A stretch of DNA of 64,000 bases from a virus (IMGVR_UViG_3300008050_000025:1-64000); one strand, 5' to 3'; shown: positions 8,932 through 19,300, counted from the stretch's first letter. A program made the numbers and translations. Notes: generated from the letters alone by a model not told the origin.

Positions 8932-9507
8932 CTAAATAAGCCTATTAATCTGTGCGTCTCTTGTCCCGACTGCAACCTTAACAAAGGGGTTCAATTTCCT
9001 AAGGACTTTCTTAAATCTATTAAGTAAAGATAGTTTCGCTTTACAGCTTCTGGGAAAGCCCCTTTCTGCGTATTCTACGAACTCCTTCAAGCTGAATACT
9101 TGAACTTTTGTCCCTGCGCACTGTCTCCTAACCCAATCCTTCACTCCTTCCCTAAACCCATTTCCTGATAAAACAATAATAGCTTCGTCCTCTGGAATAG
9201 CGGATAGGAAGCTAAGGACAAGGTATGGACCCTTTTCGTCCACACTTCCTGAGCGTTGTTGACGCTTACATTCAATGCGAATCTTCCTACCATTCAAGCA
9301 GAGGACGAACTCTGAGCGGCAGGTGGCTCCGTAGATTCCTTTGTAAGGTACATTAGTGAGAAGGATATTATCCCTCACGCCTGTCTTACTGTGCAAACTC
9401 TTCCTGAGAATCCTATCCCCAGGCAAGGCATGAGCACGAATAGCTGCTTCTACCAAGCCTTCCAATTCCTTTCCACTTACGTTAGCGTATGTTCCTTGAA
9501 GTGACAT
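8932..9507 (-). CDS. PD-(D/E)XK restriction-endonuclease-like nuclease
   Basis: GxELE..., RSEF, IRIECKRQQRSGSVDEK motif. Confidence 0.75.
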   Translation of the reverse strand: MSLQGTYANVSGKELEGLVEAAIRAHALPGDRILRKSLHSKTGVRDNILLTNVPYKGIYGATCRSEFVLCLNGRKIRIECKRQQRSGSVDEKGPYLVLSFLSAIPEDEAIIVLSGNGFREGVKDWVRRQCAGTKVQVFSLKEFVEYAERGFPRSCKAKLSLLNRFKKVLRKLNPFVKVAVGTRDAQINRLI

Positions 9508-9791
9508 TACTTAGGTGGAAGGTATGTCCAGGTTGCACCTTCCTTTAGTTGAATCCAAAGGTATGATGGAGTTTTAAAAGTATTCTGATTACCTTCATCA
9601 GCTTCTACGATGATGTAATACATTTCATCGTATCCAACAAAGTACGCGCCTTTATAGATAATCTCTCCAGTAAACTCAGCATAAGTCTCTGGCTCTTCGG
9701 GATGCGTAATCGTATACACTAACACCGACATAATCGCTATTATCATAGCACCTAAAAGGAACTGTAATACTTTATCACCAAAATCGCTCAT
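9507..9791 (-). CDS. membrane-anchored hypothetical protein
   Basis: N-terminal TM helix. Confidence 0.65.
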   Translation of the reverse strand: MSDFGDKVLQFLLGAMIIAIMSVLVYTITHPEEPETYAEFTGEIIYKGAYFVGYDEMYYIIVEADEGNQNTFKTPSYLWIQLKEGATWTYLPPK

Positions 9792-10360
9792 TCTTCCATG
9801 TCCATTTGTTGTGCTAGACTCGTCTTCAAACGTTTAATCATTTTCACCACCTTAGAGGTTGGCATGTTTGTGTTTCTAGCAATCTTTGAAATGTTGAACT
9901 TACCGTTCAACTTGAAATAACTGACATCAGATAAAATCTCTGACACCAACTCTGAAATGTCGTCGTCGAACTCAATCTCAAACAACTTACTGTCGAAGTC
10001 ATGGTTAGGGTCTGGAAGGTTATCTTCTACAAACTCTCCGCCTATTGCACTCAAGCTAATCACGTCACCATCGACAGCGCGTTTACGATATGCTTCTTTC
10101 GTTAGGTGGGAACGTTTATACCATAGACAAGCCTTGATGTAAGCATTGAACTTCTTAGTTTCAAAGTACTCATCAAAAGGCCCGTCTTCTTTATTGGTCT
10201 TCTCAAACCCTTCTACAGCCAGTAGCATTACAATCTTTAACTCAGAGAGTTTGTCTGCAATCTCAAGGCTTGTAAATGATGGTGTGCGGTTAGCAGCGAA
10301 CATAGCAAGCTTACCATACTTCTTCCATAGCTTTTCCCACTGAGGGTTGGTTAAACTCAT
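9788..10360 (-). CDS. RNA polymerase sigma-factor-like protein
   Basis: Region-2-like segment (KFNAYIKACLW) and C-terminal HTH (ISKIARNTNMPTSKV). Confidence 0.6.
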   Translation of the reverse strand: MSLTNPQWEKLWKKYGKLAMFAANRTPSFTSLEIADKLSELKIVMLLAVEGFEKTNKEDGPFDEYFETKKFNAYIKACLWYKRSHLTKEAYRKRAVDGDVISLSAIGGEFVEDNLPDPNHDFDSKLFEIEFDDDISELVSEILSDVSYFKLNGKFNISKIARNTNMPTSKVVKMIKRLKTSLAQQMDMEE

Positions 10361-11280
10361 TTAATAAGTTCTCCTTCCTGCGTAAGGATGGTTTTGTGAA
10401 AATCAATCACAGTTCGGTCTTGCACTTCCTTGTTAAGGGTTTGAACATGTCGCATAGCGGATGCACTTGTCTCAAAGTCACCGTAAAAGTGACTACCTTC
10501 TTCCTTTAGATGAAATCTATTCTCGATGGTAAAACTGCGTGGGCGAAAACCATCACACTCATGTTGATACCCATAAGGGTTACAAAGAACTAATACACTA
10601 AAACATGTGTAGTGTTCCATTACTTTATGAGTATGCCCATGAATCCATAGGTCAAACTTCCCAACCAGATGGTCAGAAACTCCTGCTTGGAATGCTGCAT
10701 TCAGCAAACTGTGCTCATACTCTGGGTCAATGGAGTCTTCATTTGGCAAGTGGTGTGTTACGCATATTTTTAGCTTCCCTTCATACCCATGCTGGTCGAA
10801 TGCTTCTAATGCGGCAATAAACGTATCATGCTCATCACACAGGTCACCAGCGTAGAGATAGTTTAGCTCAGGCATGTACATTTTGGCCAAACCCATGTTC
10901 CCTTTATCCCTTCCACCGTAATCTGTCCACATAGTTCCGCCAAAGAACACTGCCTCATCGTTCTCAAACACGTTACCAGGAGTTAGGATATGTACATTAG
11001 AGAAGTCCATATCTTTCATGTGCCTACGTAAAAGCCCATCAGCGCCAACTCCTTCTAAAATGTAGTCATGATTGCCGAGAGCAACAATAACATCTTTGAA
11101 CCAAGCGGAACATTCACTAATGAATAGTTTCTGTTGGGTCATGCGAGGACTGATGTCCCCTGCGATAATTAACGTATTGCTTTCAGGCTCCCACTCTTCA
11201 CTTGTTAGCTCAGGGATAAACTTTTGAATCCTTGCTGAGCGATGGTCAATATGTATGTCTGATAAGTAATAGTACTTCAT
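10357..11280 (-). CDS. calcineurin-like metallophosphoesterase
   Basis: SDIH, AGD, GNHD, THH, HGHTH motifs. Confidence 0.9.
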   Translation of the reverse strand: MKYYYLSDIHIDHRSARIQKFIPELTSEEWEPESNTLIIAGDISPRMTQQKLFISECSAWFKDVIVALGNHDYILEGVGADGLLRRHMKDMDFSNVHILTPGNVFENDEAVFFGGTMWTDYGGRDKGNMGLAKMYMPELNYLYAGDLCDEHDTFIAALEAFDQHGYEGKLKICVTHHLPNEDSIDPEYEHSLLNAAFQAGVSDHLVGKFDLWIHGHTHKVMEHYTCFSVLVLCNPYGYQHECDGFRPRSFTIENRFHLKEEGSHFYGDFETSASAMRHVQTLNKEVQDRTVIDFHKTILTQEGELIK

Positions 11281-11525
11281 CGGTCAATGATGGCCAAAAA
11301 GATAGCTGCAATAACCATAAATGCTAGCACAAAAATGCCAAACCCAAATGCGGCAGCCCACGGAATCCACAGTGGGGAAGTTACCCACCACCAACTCCAA
11401 GTAATAACTCCCACAAGCTTTAAGGTAAGAAATACTAAAAACAGAGCCAACATAAGGCTTATACCTTCTGCATTAGGTTTACTAATCTCATTCGCTTTCT
11501 TCAACTTCATCTTTATCTTCTCCAT
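11277..11525 (-). CDS. small phage membrane protein
   Basis: FLTLKLVGVITWSWWWVTSPLW motif. Confidence 0.75.
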   Translation of the reverse strand: MEKIKMKLKKANEISKPNAEGISLMLALFLVFLTLKLVGVITWSWWWVTSPLWIPWAAAFGFGIFVLAFMVIAAIFLAIIDR

Positions 11526-11691
11526 CTCTTAATTGCATTTTATCCAGAATATGGAATTGGGCAACAAACCCAAGTGTAACTAGAAGCCCTGTCGGAACCC
11601 ATCCTATATGTAAGGCGAGGGAAACAAGGGCAAGTGCAGATAATAACAATGCCGTTGAAACGACAAGACCTGCTAAGAAATTAACTATCAT
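11488..11691 (-). CDS. small membrane protein
   Basis: Two hydrophobic segments. Confidence 0.55.
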   Translation of the reverse strand: MIVNFLAGLVVSTALLLSALALVSLALHIGWVPTGLLVTLGFVAQFHILDKMQLRDGEDKDEVEESE

Positions 11692-11706
11692 TTATGTTAT
11701 TGGTCT

Positions 11707-11779
11707 TGGAAACGAAGGGAAATCGAATCCCACCATTCGCATTGCAAGTGCAAATCGCCTCCTTGGAACATGCGCCCCC
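11707..11779 (-). tRNA. atypical or degenerate tRNA-Ala(UGC)
   Basis: Acceptor GGGGGCG/CGTTTCC (G3:U70), anticodon arm TTGCA-CTTGCAA-TGCGA, T loop TTCGATT; irregular T-stem. Confidence 0.55.
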
Positions 11780-11846
11780 AAGACAGTTCAAATTAATGAG
11801 CACAGAGCTTCAAAGAATACCTGTGCATTATTGTAGAGTGTGAAAA

Positions 11847-12068
11847 TCATCCTTCCCATCCAATATCCTTAGACATGGAAACAGTCATAAGGCTTTCGCT
11901 TCGAACTCTCTCTACGATTCGATTCATAATCTTAGCCTCCTCTTCCATGCAAAGTTCGAACTCTTTCGTACCAATAAAATTCTCCCCAGGAGAGGGAAGA
12001 AACCTATACCAGTAACAAACTTGAAAAGGTGAAGCTTCGTTTACTTGTTCAATTGATGGGTAGTTCAT
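11847..12068 (-). CDS. hypothetical protein
   Basis: 73 aa with GGAG SD. Confidence 0.7.
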   Translation of the reverse strand: MNYPSIEQVNEASPFQVCYWYRFLPSPGENFIGTKEFELCMEEEAKIMNRIVERVRSESLMTVSMSKDIGWEG

Positions 12069-12130
12069 TTTAAAATCTCCAAAGCTTTTGCTACGTCCTC
12101 TAAAAGATTACTTTCATCTGTTTATGTGTT

Positions 12131-12208
12131 TGGAGCCAGCGGTGAGATTCGAACTCACGATTAGCTTGTTTACAAAACAAGTCCTTTAGGCCACTTAGGT
12201 ACGCTGGC
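12131..12208 (-). tRNA. tRNA-Thr(UGU)
   Basis: GCCAGCG/CGCTGGC acceptor, CTTGT-TTTGTAA-ACAAG anticodon arm, GTTCGAATC, encoded CCA. Confidence 0.92.
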
Positions 12209-12214
12209 GTTGAG

Positions 12215-12301
12215 TGGTAGGAGTGGAGAGAATTGAACTCTCATGCGACCGTTACCCTAGTTTAAATTGCACGGCATATAAGACCGCTGGGATACACTCC
12301 C
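12215..12301 (-). tRNA. non-canonical tRNA-Ile(UAU)-like RNA lacking a normal D-arm
   Basis: GGGAGTG/CACTCCT-ACCA acceptor, perfect T arm GAGAG-TTCAATT-CTCTC, anticodon arm GCGGT-CTTATAT-GCCGT, only 7 nt between acceptor and anticodon stems, 28-nt variable region. Confidence 0.7.
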
Positions 12302-12320
12302 ATTTCCACTGCTGACCACT

Positions 12321-12348
12321 ATTATAGGGACTCCTCCGTCAAAGTCAA
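12321..12348 (-). promoter_or_regulatory. sigma70-type promoter for tRNA cluster
   Basis: TTGACT-N16-TATAAT. Confidence 0.75.
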
Positions 12349-12382
12349 GCTTTATTCAGTGGAATCCCTAAAGTTTTTAGAA

Positions 12383-12456
12383 TGGCAAAGCGAAGAAGAA
12401 TCGAACTCCTATCTAAGGATTTGGAATCCCCAATGTTGCCATTACACCCTCGCCCT
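12383..12456 (-). tRNA. tRNA-Trp(CCA)
   Basis: AGGGCGA/TCGCTTT acceptor, GGGGA-TTCCAAA-TCCTT anticodon arm, TTCGATT, encoded CCA. Confidence 0.85.
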
Positions 12457-12460
12457 ACTC

Positions 12461-12859
12461 TTAAATCCCGTTAGGGAAGTTCTCTTCCATAAGGCGGTTC
12501 CAGGTGGCTTCATCCAATACTGGTTCGGATGGTTCGTTCTGAATCCCCACAATAGTCTTGCGAACAAGCTTTAGTCTGTAGATTCGAAACGCCAAAACTC
12601 GTCGGCATTCTTTGCCTTCATGGAATGCTTGTGCCCATCTCCCTGTTGGAGATTGCTCATTTCTGTACTTAGCTTCCACTGCCTCGGCTGCTGCCAAGGA
12701 ACGTTTGTTGGAACTGATGTCCAACGAAACTTGTGAAAGGGCACGATATGTACTGCCATACTCCTTAATCAAATCGGAAGCATGGAATCTTACGTTAATG
12801 TCAAAGAGCCGCTTTTCCCGTGAGGATAGGCGTGTTTCGTAGTAGTGTTTACTATTCAT
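12461..12859 (-). CDS. hypothetical protein
   Basis: TGATG-coupled to vWA gene. Confidence 0.7.
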   Translation of the reverse strand: MNSKHYYETRLSSREKRLFDINVRFHASDLIKEYGSTYRALSQVSLDISSNKRSLAAAEAVEAKYRNEQSPTGRWAQAFHEGKECRRVLAFRIYRLKLVRKTIVGIQNEPSEPVLDEATWNRLMEENFPNGI

Positions 12860-13788
12860 CAGATTGAAGCTGAGATATAGTTAGAGAGGCTATTTAGCAA
12901 TTGGTGAGGAAATTCTGAGAAGTCTACATTTAGTACATCGTCACCGTACATTTTTTGCATTGTCTCGTCGTTTACTCTGTTAAATGATTGGCCTTGCATG
13001 AAGATTGTGATAATGTTCATCCACTTGCCATACTTTTTGTACATGGCAGCATTTGTGCCCACAGAGGCACTCAAGCTGTATTCAGGCCCATGTACCGAGC
13101 CGAGGGGTTGACCGTCCGTAAGGTTGACAACCATGATATTTTTGGACATGATGTTTTCACTAATCCAACGCTGCAACCCAGGAAGAACAATAAGCTCAGG
13201 AGTTGAGCTAGATTGCCCTTGTGCATTTTTAGGTAGAACCTTCAAAATCCCATCAACCCCTGAATGTTTAGCAGATTTAGGGGAAGTAGAACTGTATGTT
13301 CTGGAAAGACTGACTCCCGAACATCCCCTGCCGTCCTTTACTACATCATCAAAATCATTCTTACTCATGATTTCAATCCTAATGTTATCTCCCAACACCT
13401 CGCGCACTGCTTTGGTGAAAGCTGACACAATAATGTTGCAGTAATCAAAACGTCGTAGATGATAACGTGCCCTTTCATCTTGCCCAGGCAAGGGAGGAAC
13501 GCTGATGTACCCCTTCATTGAACTTGAAGCATCCATAAGGAAGATAATTGTTGAATCCCCTTTCTGTGCCTCAATTTTAGTTGTGAAGATATTATCATCA
13601 TGTGTGTGACGATACAGACGAGCCATGTCAAGGCATCCACCTCTAGTATGTTCAATATCTGCATATTTTCGCTCAGTCAGCATAACCATATGCCGCTTAA
13701 ACTTGTTACACATTTGGTCCCTTCGCTCAAGAAACATAGAAGGGATTTCATCTGGTGAAATCAGATTATCTCTGTGGTATTCTCTCAT
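12859..13788 (-). CDS. vWA (MIDAS) domain protein, CobT-C-like
   Basis: IFLMDASSSM (DxSxS), STP, NLTDG; GxLDxxRL motif. Confidence 0.85.
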   Translation of the reverse strand: MREYHRDNLISPDEIPSMFLERRDQMCNKFKRHMVMLTERKYADIEHTRGGCLDMARLYRHTHDDNIFTTKIEAQKGDSTIIFLMDASSSMKGYISVPPLPGQDERARYHLRRFDYCNIIVSAFTKAVREVLGDNIRIEIMSKNDFDDVVKDGRGCSGVSLSRTYSSTSPKSAKHSGVDGILKVLPKNAQGQSSSTPELIVLPGLQRWISENIMSKNIMVVNLTDGQPLGSVHGPEYSLSASVGTNAAMYKKYGKWMNIITIFMQGQSFNRVNDETMQKMYGDDVLNVDFSEFPHQLLNSLSNYISASI

Positions 13789-15293
13789 TACAATACATCC
13801 ACTACGGTTACGTGGTAATCAATAGGGTGAGGTTGTCCCCCAATTGAAATTGAATCATTGCACCAAAAGCGTTTGTACCCTCGGTGAATAGTGTAGGTTT
13901 CAACCTTTGCTTTAAGGTCTTCTGGAATCTCTGCTTTCCCGTGAATACAATCTGGGGAAACCTGGGAAGTTACAGTGTCGCTAAACGAGGCTCCTTCACC
14001 TTTCAGGAAGTTATCGTTGTAGTAAGGGTCAATTCCTGCGTTGAACACCCCGTATGTGTCGGGGTCACTAGACTCGTTAACATAGCTTTTGCCTTTGGAA
14101 ATATAAACACTCCCTAGGTCTTCCCCCCGAAGAGGGTCTTTTGTAGTAGTAATCTTAGCGTTGTCCAGGCGAGTCTTTTTAGTAAAAGCTTCACTCTTTC
14201 GCAAGGTATTTCCTACATCATGTAGAGCACTCTTATCATCATTCCAAACAGAGGAATCAGTTAGGTCTAACTGTAGACAGTTAAGTGCTTTCTCGCTATA
14301 ATCAGTCACTAGGCTGAAAATCTCAGGCATAAAGGACATCGCAGCAAGCTTAGCAAGCTGCCTTTCAGAAGCTTTCTGAATCTTACCCAAAGTTACTCCA
14401 CGCGAAGCCTTAACATTGTCATGCATCCCGTAAAAGTAAAACCTAAACTCCAACAACTTGTAGGCTACGGAGCCATCCTTAAACAAGTCACCTCGGACTT
14501 TTTGGTATGCCTCCCAACCTTTGTTAACTAGCTTTTGGTAGTACTTCTTAATACTAGGGTTTGCCGTAGTGTCCAACTTGATATCTTCAAATGTAGAGAT
14601 AAACTGATGGATATCTTTCACACTTTGGTAGATGAAGTCTGCAACTACGCGACTAGCTCCTTTAAACCCACGATGGTAAGTGCCACTAAAGAACTGCTGA
14701 GCGTTATCCCTATCTCTAAGCATCATGCTCAATCGAGGATTTACTTTGATGGCTTCACTGATTACCCTGAACATACTGACACTCTTACCATTCACATCCA
14801 TCTTGATTGATTTCAGTACAGTAGTGAAAATGTCCCATGAGCTTGAGTAGTAAGTGTTTCCAGGGGAAACGTGTTCATTCTTTCGGAATGCCCTCATGGT
14901 ATAGCCGATGGCAATATCAATATTACCATCGGCAACTACCCCATAAGGAATAATTACGTCAGCCGCTGCAACAACCCGTGGAAGTTGTTCAATGTCAGAC
15001 TCAGAAGAGAATTTAACATTGAATTTTCTGCCAGGAGAGAGGATAGGTCCGTAATACTCCAAAACATTCTTAATAAGGAACAAATTACGAGCGCCTAAGT
15101 CAAGAACTTCATCCTCTTCCGGTAGCCAATTATTCAAATATTCAGCATCAATTTTTGGACCGTTGTAGGGGGGCTTTTCGTAACCAAAGAATACACCATC
15201 ATCACATTCTTCATCGGAACCTTCGTCTTCATCCCAATATTCTGCGGCATCGTCATCGTACTCGTCATCGTAATCGTCGCAATAGTCACTCAT
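13788..15293 (-). CDS. MoxR-associated protein (CobT-N-like)
   Basis: Lies between AAA and vWA genes; FEDIKLD resembles CobT-N EDxR; acidic N-terminus. Confidence 0.55.
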   Translation of the reverse strand: MSDYCDDYDDEYDDDAAEYWDEDEGSDEECDDGVFFGYEKPPYNGPKIDAEYLNNWLPEEDEVLDLGARNLFLIKNVLEYYGPILSPGRKFNVKFSSESDIEQLPRVVAAADVIIPYGVVADGNIDIAIGYTMRAFRKNEHVSPGNTYYSSSWDIFTTVLKSIKMDVNGKSVSMFRVISEAIKVNPRLSMMLRDRDNAQQFFSGTYHRGFKGASRVVADFIYQSVKDIHQFISTFEDIKLDTTANPSIKKYYQKLVNKGWEAYQKVRGDLFKDGSVAYKLLEFRFYFYGMHDNVKASRGVTLGKIQKASERQLAKLAAMSFMPEIFSLVTDYSEKALNCLQLDLTDSSVWNDDKSALHDVGNTLRKSEAFTKKTRLDNAKITTTKDPLRGEDLGSVYISKGKSYVNESSDPDTYGVFNAGIDPYYNDNFLKGEGASFSDTVTSQVSPDCIHGKAEIPEDLKAKVETYTIHRGYKRFWCNDSISIGGQPHPIDYHVTVVDVL

Positions 15294-15308
15294 AATTTGT
15301 TCCTAATT

Positions 15309-16157
15309 TTAGAACGTTTGCTTAATGTCCGAAGTGTTCGGACTTTCGAAAAGGTCTTCCTCATCAGCGTACTGACGAATTCGACGCACATCTTCTCCAG
15401 TAGAGGAGTCCATTTCAAACACAGACAAGACTACAAAGTTAAAGATGTCAGCGGAAGAGAATCCCGCCTCTGCCAAAGGAAGGCAGTTAAGAATGGTTCG
15501 TGGCGACACCGAAGCCAACAGGTTTCCTTCTTTTCGCTGTGCAACGATAAAGTCGAAAGCGTGAAGGATAGGCTCCATCAAAGCTAGGGCTTCTGGAGAA
15601 GTCCCACCATCTGACATGTACTTGCCCAACTCCCCACCAGTAAGGTATTTGAAGTGGAACACAGTGCAACGGTCACGCAAAGCTCGGTCGATTGAACGAG
15701 CAGCAGAATATTCGTTACCTACGTTAGCAGTCAGAATAAAGCGAACACCTTTGGCTACCTTGATTTCACGACCAAGCTCTTCAACGAAAACGCTGCGTCG
15801 ATGGTCAAGAAGTGGCAGCAAGATATTCATCGCTGCACTAGAGGCACGGGACACTTCATCCAATGCAATCAAAGTGTTTGGAATCTGGATTTTAGTAGCC
15901 AGTTCCGCCAGTTGAAAGTTAGTGTTACCATCTTTCAATGCAAAGTGACCCAGAAGGGCCATACGAGCATCAGTGGTAGAGCCACAGTTAATAATGGTAA
16001 GTTCCATTCCTAGCTGATTGGCAACTTCCTGACAATAGGAAGTTTTTCCACTTCCTGTCTCGCCAGTAATTAGTACATTGTTGTCTTCGTCTTTAACCAA
16101 GACCTTGATGACCTCTTTTTGGCGGTCGTCAATTACAAAATCGGATTTCAAACTCAT
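15309..16157 (-). CDS. MoxR/CbbQ/CobS-family AAA+ ATPase
   Basis: Walker A GETGSGKT, Walker B ALDEVSR, TAN sensor, DRALRDR; start taken at MSLKSD. Confidence 0.9.
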   Translation of the reverse strand: MSLKSDFVIDDRQKEVIKVLVKDEDNNVLITGETGSGKTSYCQEVANQLGMELTIINCGSTTDARMALLGHFALKDGNTNFQLAELATKIQIPNTLIALDEVSRASSAAMNILLPLLDHRRSVFVEELGREIKVAKGVRFILTANVGNEYSAARSIDRALRDRCTVFHFKYLTGGELGKYMSDGGTSPEALALMEPILHAFDFIVAQRKEGNLLASVSPRTILNCLPLAEAGFSSADIFNFVVLSVFEMDSSTGEDVRRIRQYADEEDLFESPNTSDIKQTF

Positions 16158-16207
16158 AGTTTTTATCGGGTAGTTGGGGTAGTGCAGCAGTGCTGCGGTA
16201 GAGGCCC

Positions 16208-16235
16208 ATCTTACACGCGCCTCCTGTGGTGTCAA
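16208..16235 (-). promoter_or_regulatory. sigma70-type promoter for MoxR operon
   Basis: TTGACA-N16-TAAGAT. Confidence 0.7.
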
Positions 16236-16314
16236 GAAGTAATTTGGATTAGAGATAAGTTTAAAAACGCCTTTGCCAGCCCAAGAATCCCTAATATGGC
16301 TATATAATTTGATT

Positions 16315-19300
16315 ATGACTGCTCCAATCAGAACCACGACTATCAGAATAAAGCCTGGGGAATTTACAGGTACGGATTATATTGTTTCCTTAGAACAAGA
16401 CCTCGTAGAGGATTACTATGTAGAAATTCTCCACAATGCCACCCAAGGGAACGTTACGGCGCTAAACAATGTAAACCATGCGAGGGTTACTATGGACCCT
16501 TTTGGGAACTACGGGGCATCTTCTAAATCGGCTGAGATTCAAATCTCTAGAGAAGCTTCCAATTCTAACACGGAACACACTATAATCATTCACGAATGCA
16601 CGGACAATACACATAATAGTGGATTTATAACTAGGGGGGTTTTCTCTCTTAGTGCCGCAGACCAAGTTCCTACAGTTTCCGCTACACACTCAGGAGTTGT
16701 CGATTCCGACCAATGCCAAGCTGTACTGGCAGGTATTACCTATGCAGATGCAACCAACTGGAAGCAGAACTCTGGTTACGCTAGGCTAAATCATGATTCT
16801 GTCAACGTAGCTTTGGAGCGAGTTGTGCAGTACGACCATGGGGTAATTGATGCCTCTGTGTACTTGATTGAGTGGGGAAGCAACGTTTCTGTCCAATTAG
16901 TAGAGTTTGACGCGACCTTCGGGGCCACGAGTACTTTGTCTGCTACAGAGGATTGGTCTAATGTTTCCATCTCTTCTGTAACTGCGGCTGAAACTTACCT
17001 ACAAGGAACGTTCACGATGAACAGTACTTCCAATAATGGAATTACTTCGGAGAACATTGCATACGTTCTTGGGGATGGAGTTACCTTTAATGATACGGAA
17101 ACAGAAATCTCTGTAGGACTTATGAACGGAAGCCCAGCCACGAAAGGATGGATTTATGTAATATCCTCTCCTGATTGGTACGTAACTAGAACTAAGTCAG
17201 GTTATGACGAAATTATCCAAGAAGATACTGAAAGTGCTACGTTCTCTATCGCAGGTGCAGCAGGGACAGAAACATACGAAGACAACATAGAGGAAGAAAG
17301 AGTTTATAGTAGCAGGTGTTTGAGGTATACGACCAGTGTAAACTCTAATAAAGTTGGATACACTAGAGATGCTGTAATCATTACAGCGGATACCACAGCT
17401 AGCTACCACAGAAGGACAGTTCCCTCAGGTGGAGGGCAAGCAGAGGGCGCAGCATTTATCTCTGTCACTGATTACGCAGGAAATCCCGTAGGAGACATTA
17501 ATGACATTTCAGCCAGCAACTCCACCGCTTCCATTTCGGTGAGTGCAGGAATTGTTGTAGATGTAGAGAATACAGATGTTGTCGTAAGCGTTAGAGACTC
17601 TGACTCAAGATTGGTAGCGAGTGCAACCGTTACCATTTCAATCGGGGGTATAGAAGTCGCTACAGGAATATCTAACGACCAAGGCGAAGTTACTTTAACT
17701 GTGGCAAACTCTACGTCGGGAACACAAAGCCTTTCAATTGCTATGGGGCCTTCTGAGGTAGTAATGTCCCCCGCGCCAGAGATAGTGTTCGCTACGGCCC
17801 CATTAAATTATGGCAAGCGTGTTGGTATGAACGGTGCAGTCGTGACCGACTGGTCTAATCAAGACCCGTTTATTGACCTAATGCTTGGAGGAAGAGGTCC
17901 TAACATTCGTGATACTAACGACAGTGGTTTCCACGATGATGCATTAATTGATATTGACGCTTCTGGTTGGCAGAAAACATGTGTTTCAGGGCATGAGCTT
18001 AATTACGTAATAGTTAGCACCAAAACATCAAGGCCTGCTGGAAACTACGTACTGACTTACAACGGTGGTGTTGCTGGTTGGACTTCCAGTGAGCTAAGGA
18101 TGACTGGAAACGTTACGGAGACATCCAAGTCAGCAGGAGAAATTGCTTTCTACTACGAAGGTTCAGGAAATATGTTCCTAACATTTGCCCCTGGAGCTAC
18201 GAGTGGCAACATGAACTCGACAAACTATATGAAGGATATTCAAGTTCTTCATGAAGATGATGTAGCCACGTATGACCGAAGTGTTCAGATGTGGAGGCCT
18301 GAGTTCCTAGCATCTCTTGAAGATATTGAAATCTTCCGTGCGATGGACTTTACAGTTACCAATCATTCTCAAATAACTGATTGGGCTGATAGAGTTGTTG
18401 AAGGGGCATCCAACTGCATGATTCGTGTAGAACGTGCAGCTTATCCAGGAGTGTATACGTTCAAAGGGATGGCGTTGGAATGGGTCGCTGATTTGTGCAA
18501 CAAGACCAACATGGATTTGTGGTACAACCTTCCCCACATGGCTACGAATGATTACGTCACTCAAGCAGCCACACTAATAAAAGCGAACTTAAACTCTAAC
18601 CTTAGATGTTTCTTTGAATACACTAACGAAGCGTGGAACTCTCAGTTTGAACAACAAGCTTACCGTGAAACTACTTTGATTCCTTACTATGGACTTACAG
18701 CAACAGGAAATGCTTGGAACCAAGCATATGCAACAAGAGCGTGTGAAATGTTCTCGTTGATTGACGATGTTTATGGAGCAGATTTACATCTTAGAGAAAG
18801 AGTTTTGGCAGGTCAAGGAGGAAATCCCAACATGGCTGCTGACCTTACTGAATCAGATGTATCAATCGCTGTTAGTCCTACACTAACAGGTATTGCTGCT
18901 GACCATGCAGATTATTATGCATTTGGCGCATATATGGGAGACTCAGTAGATGAATCTTCTGCCGCTGCCGCCTTTGACGCTATGGTAGCTGACAGCGAAG
19001 ATAAGATGACCTTGGTTACAGGGGAAATCGCACTCAACGTTGCAGGACTAGCGGGGGAAGGTAAGCTTCTTCCTATATGTTATGAAGGTGGCCAGCACTT
19101 AGTCGAAGGTTCAAACCTTACAGCAGCCTTGATTTCCGACACAAACAGACTTCCTGGAATGAGGGAAGCAATGTACAACCACATTGTAGGGTGGGATGCC
19201 AATACAGCTAGTGGCCCTTTCTGTGCGTACAACCATACGTTGGCTTCTGGGACAGGAGGACAATGGGGCTTTGCTTGGGATTTAGAAGCGTGGGTAGAAG

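Noticed and set aside
16158-16337. N-terminal extension of the MoxR ORF in the track
   Set aside because: Overlaps its own promoter and the divergent gene; the real start is probably 16157
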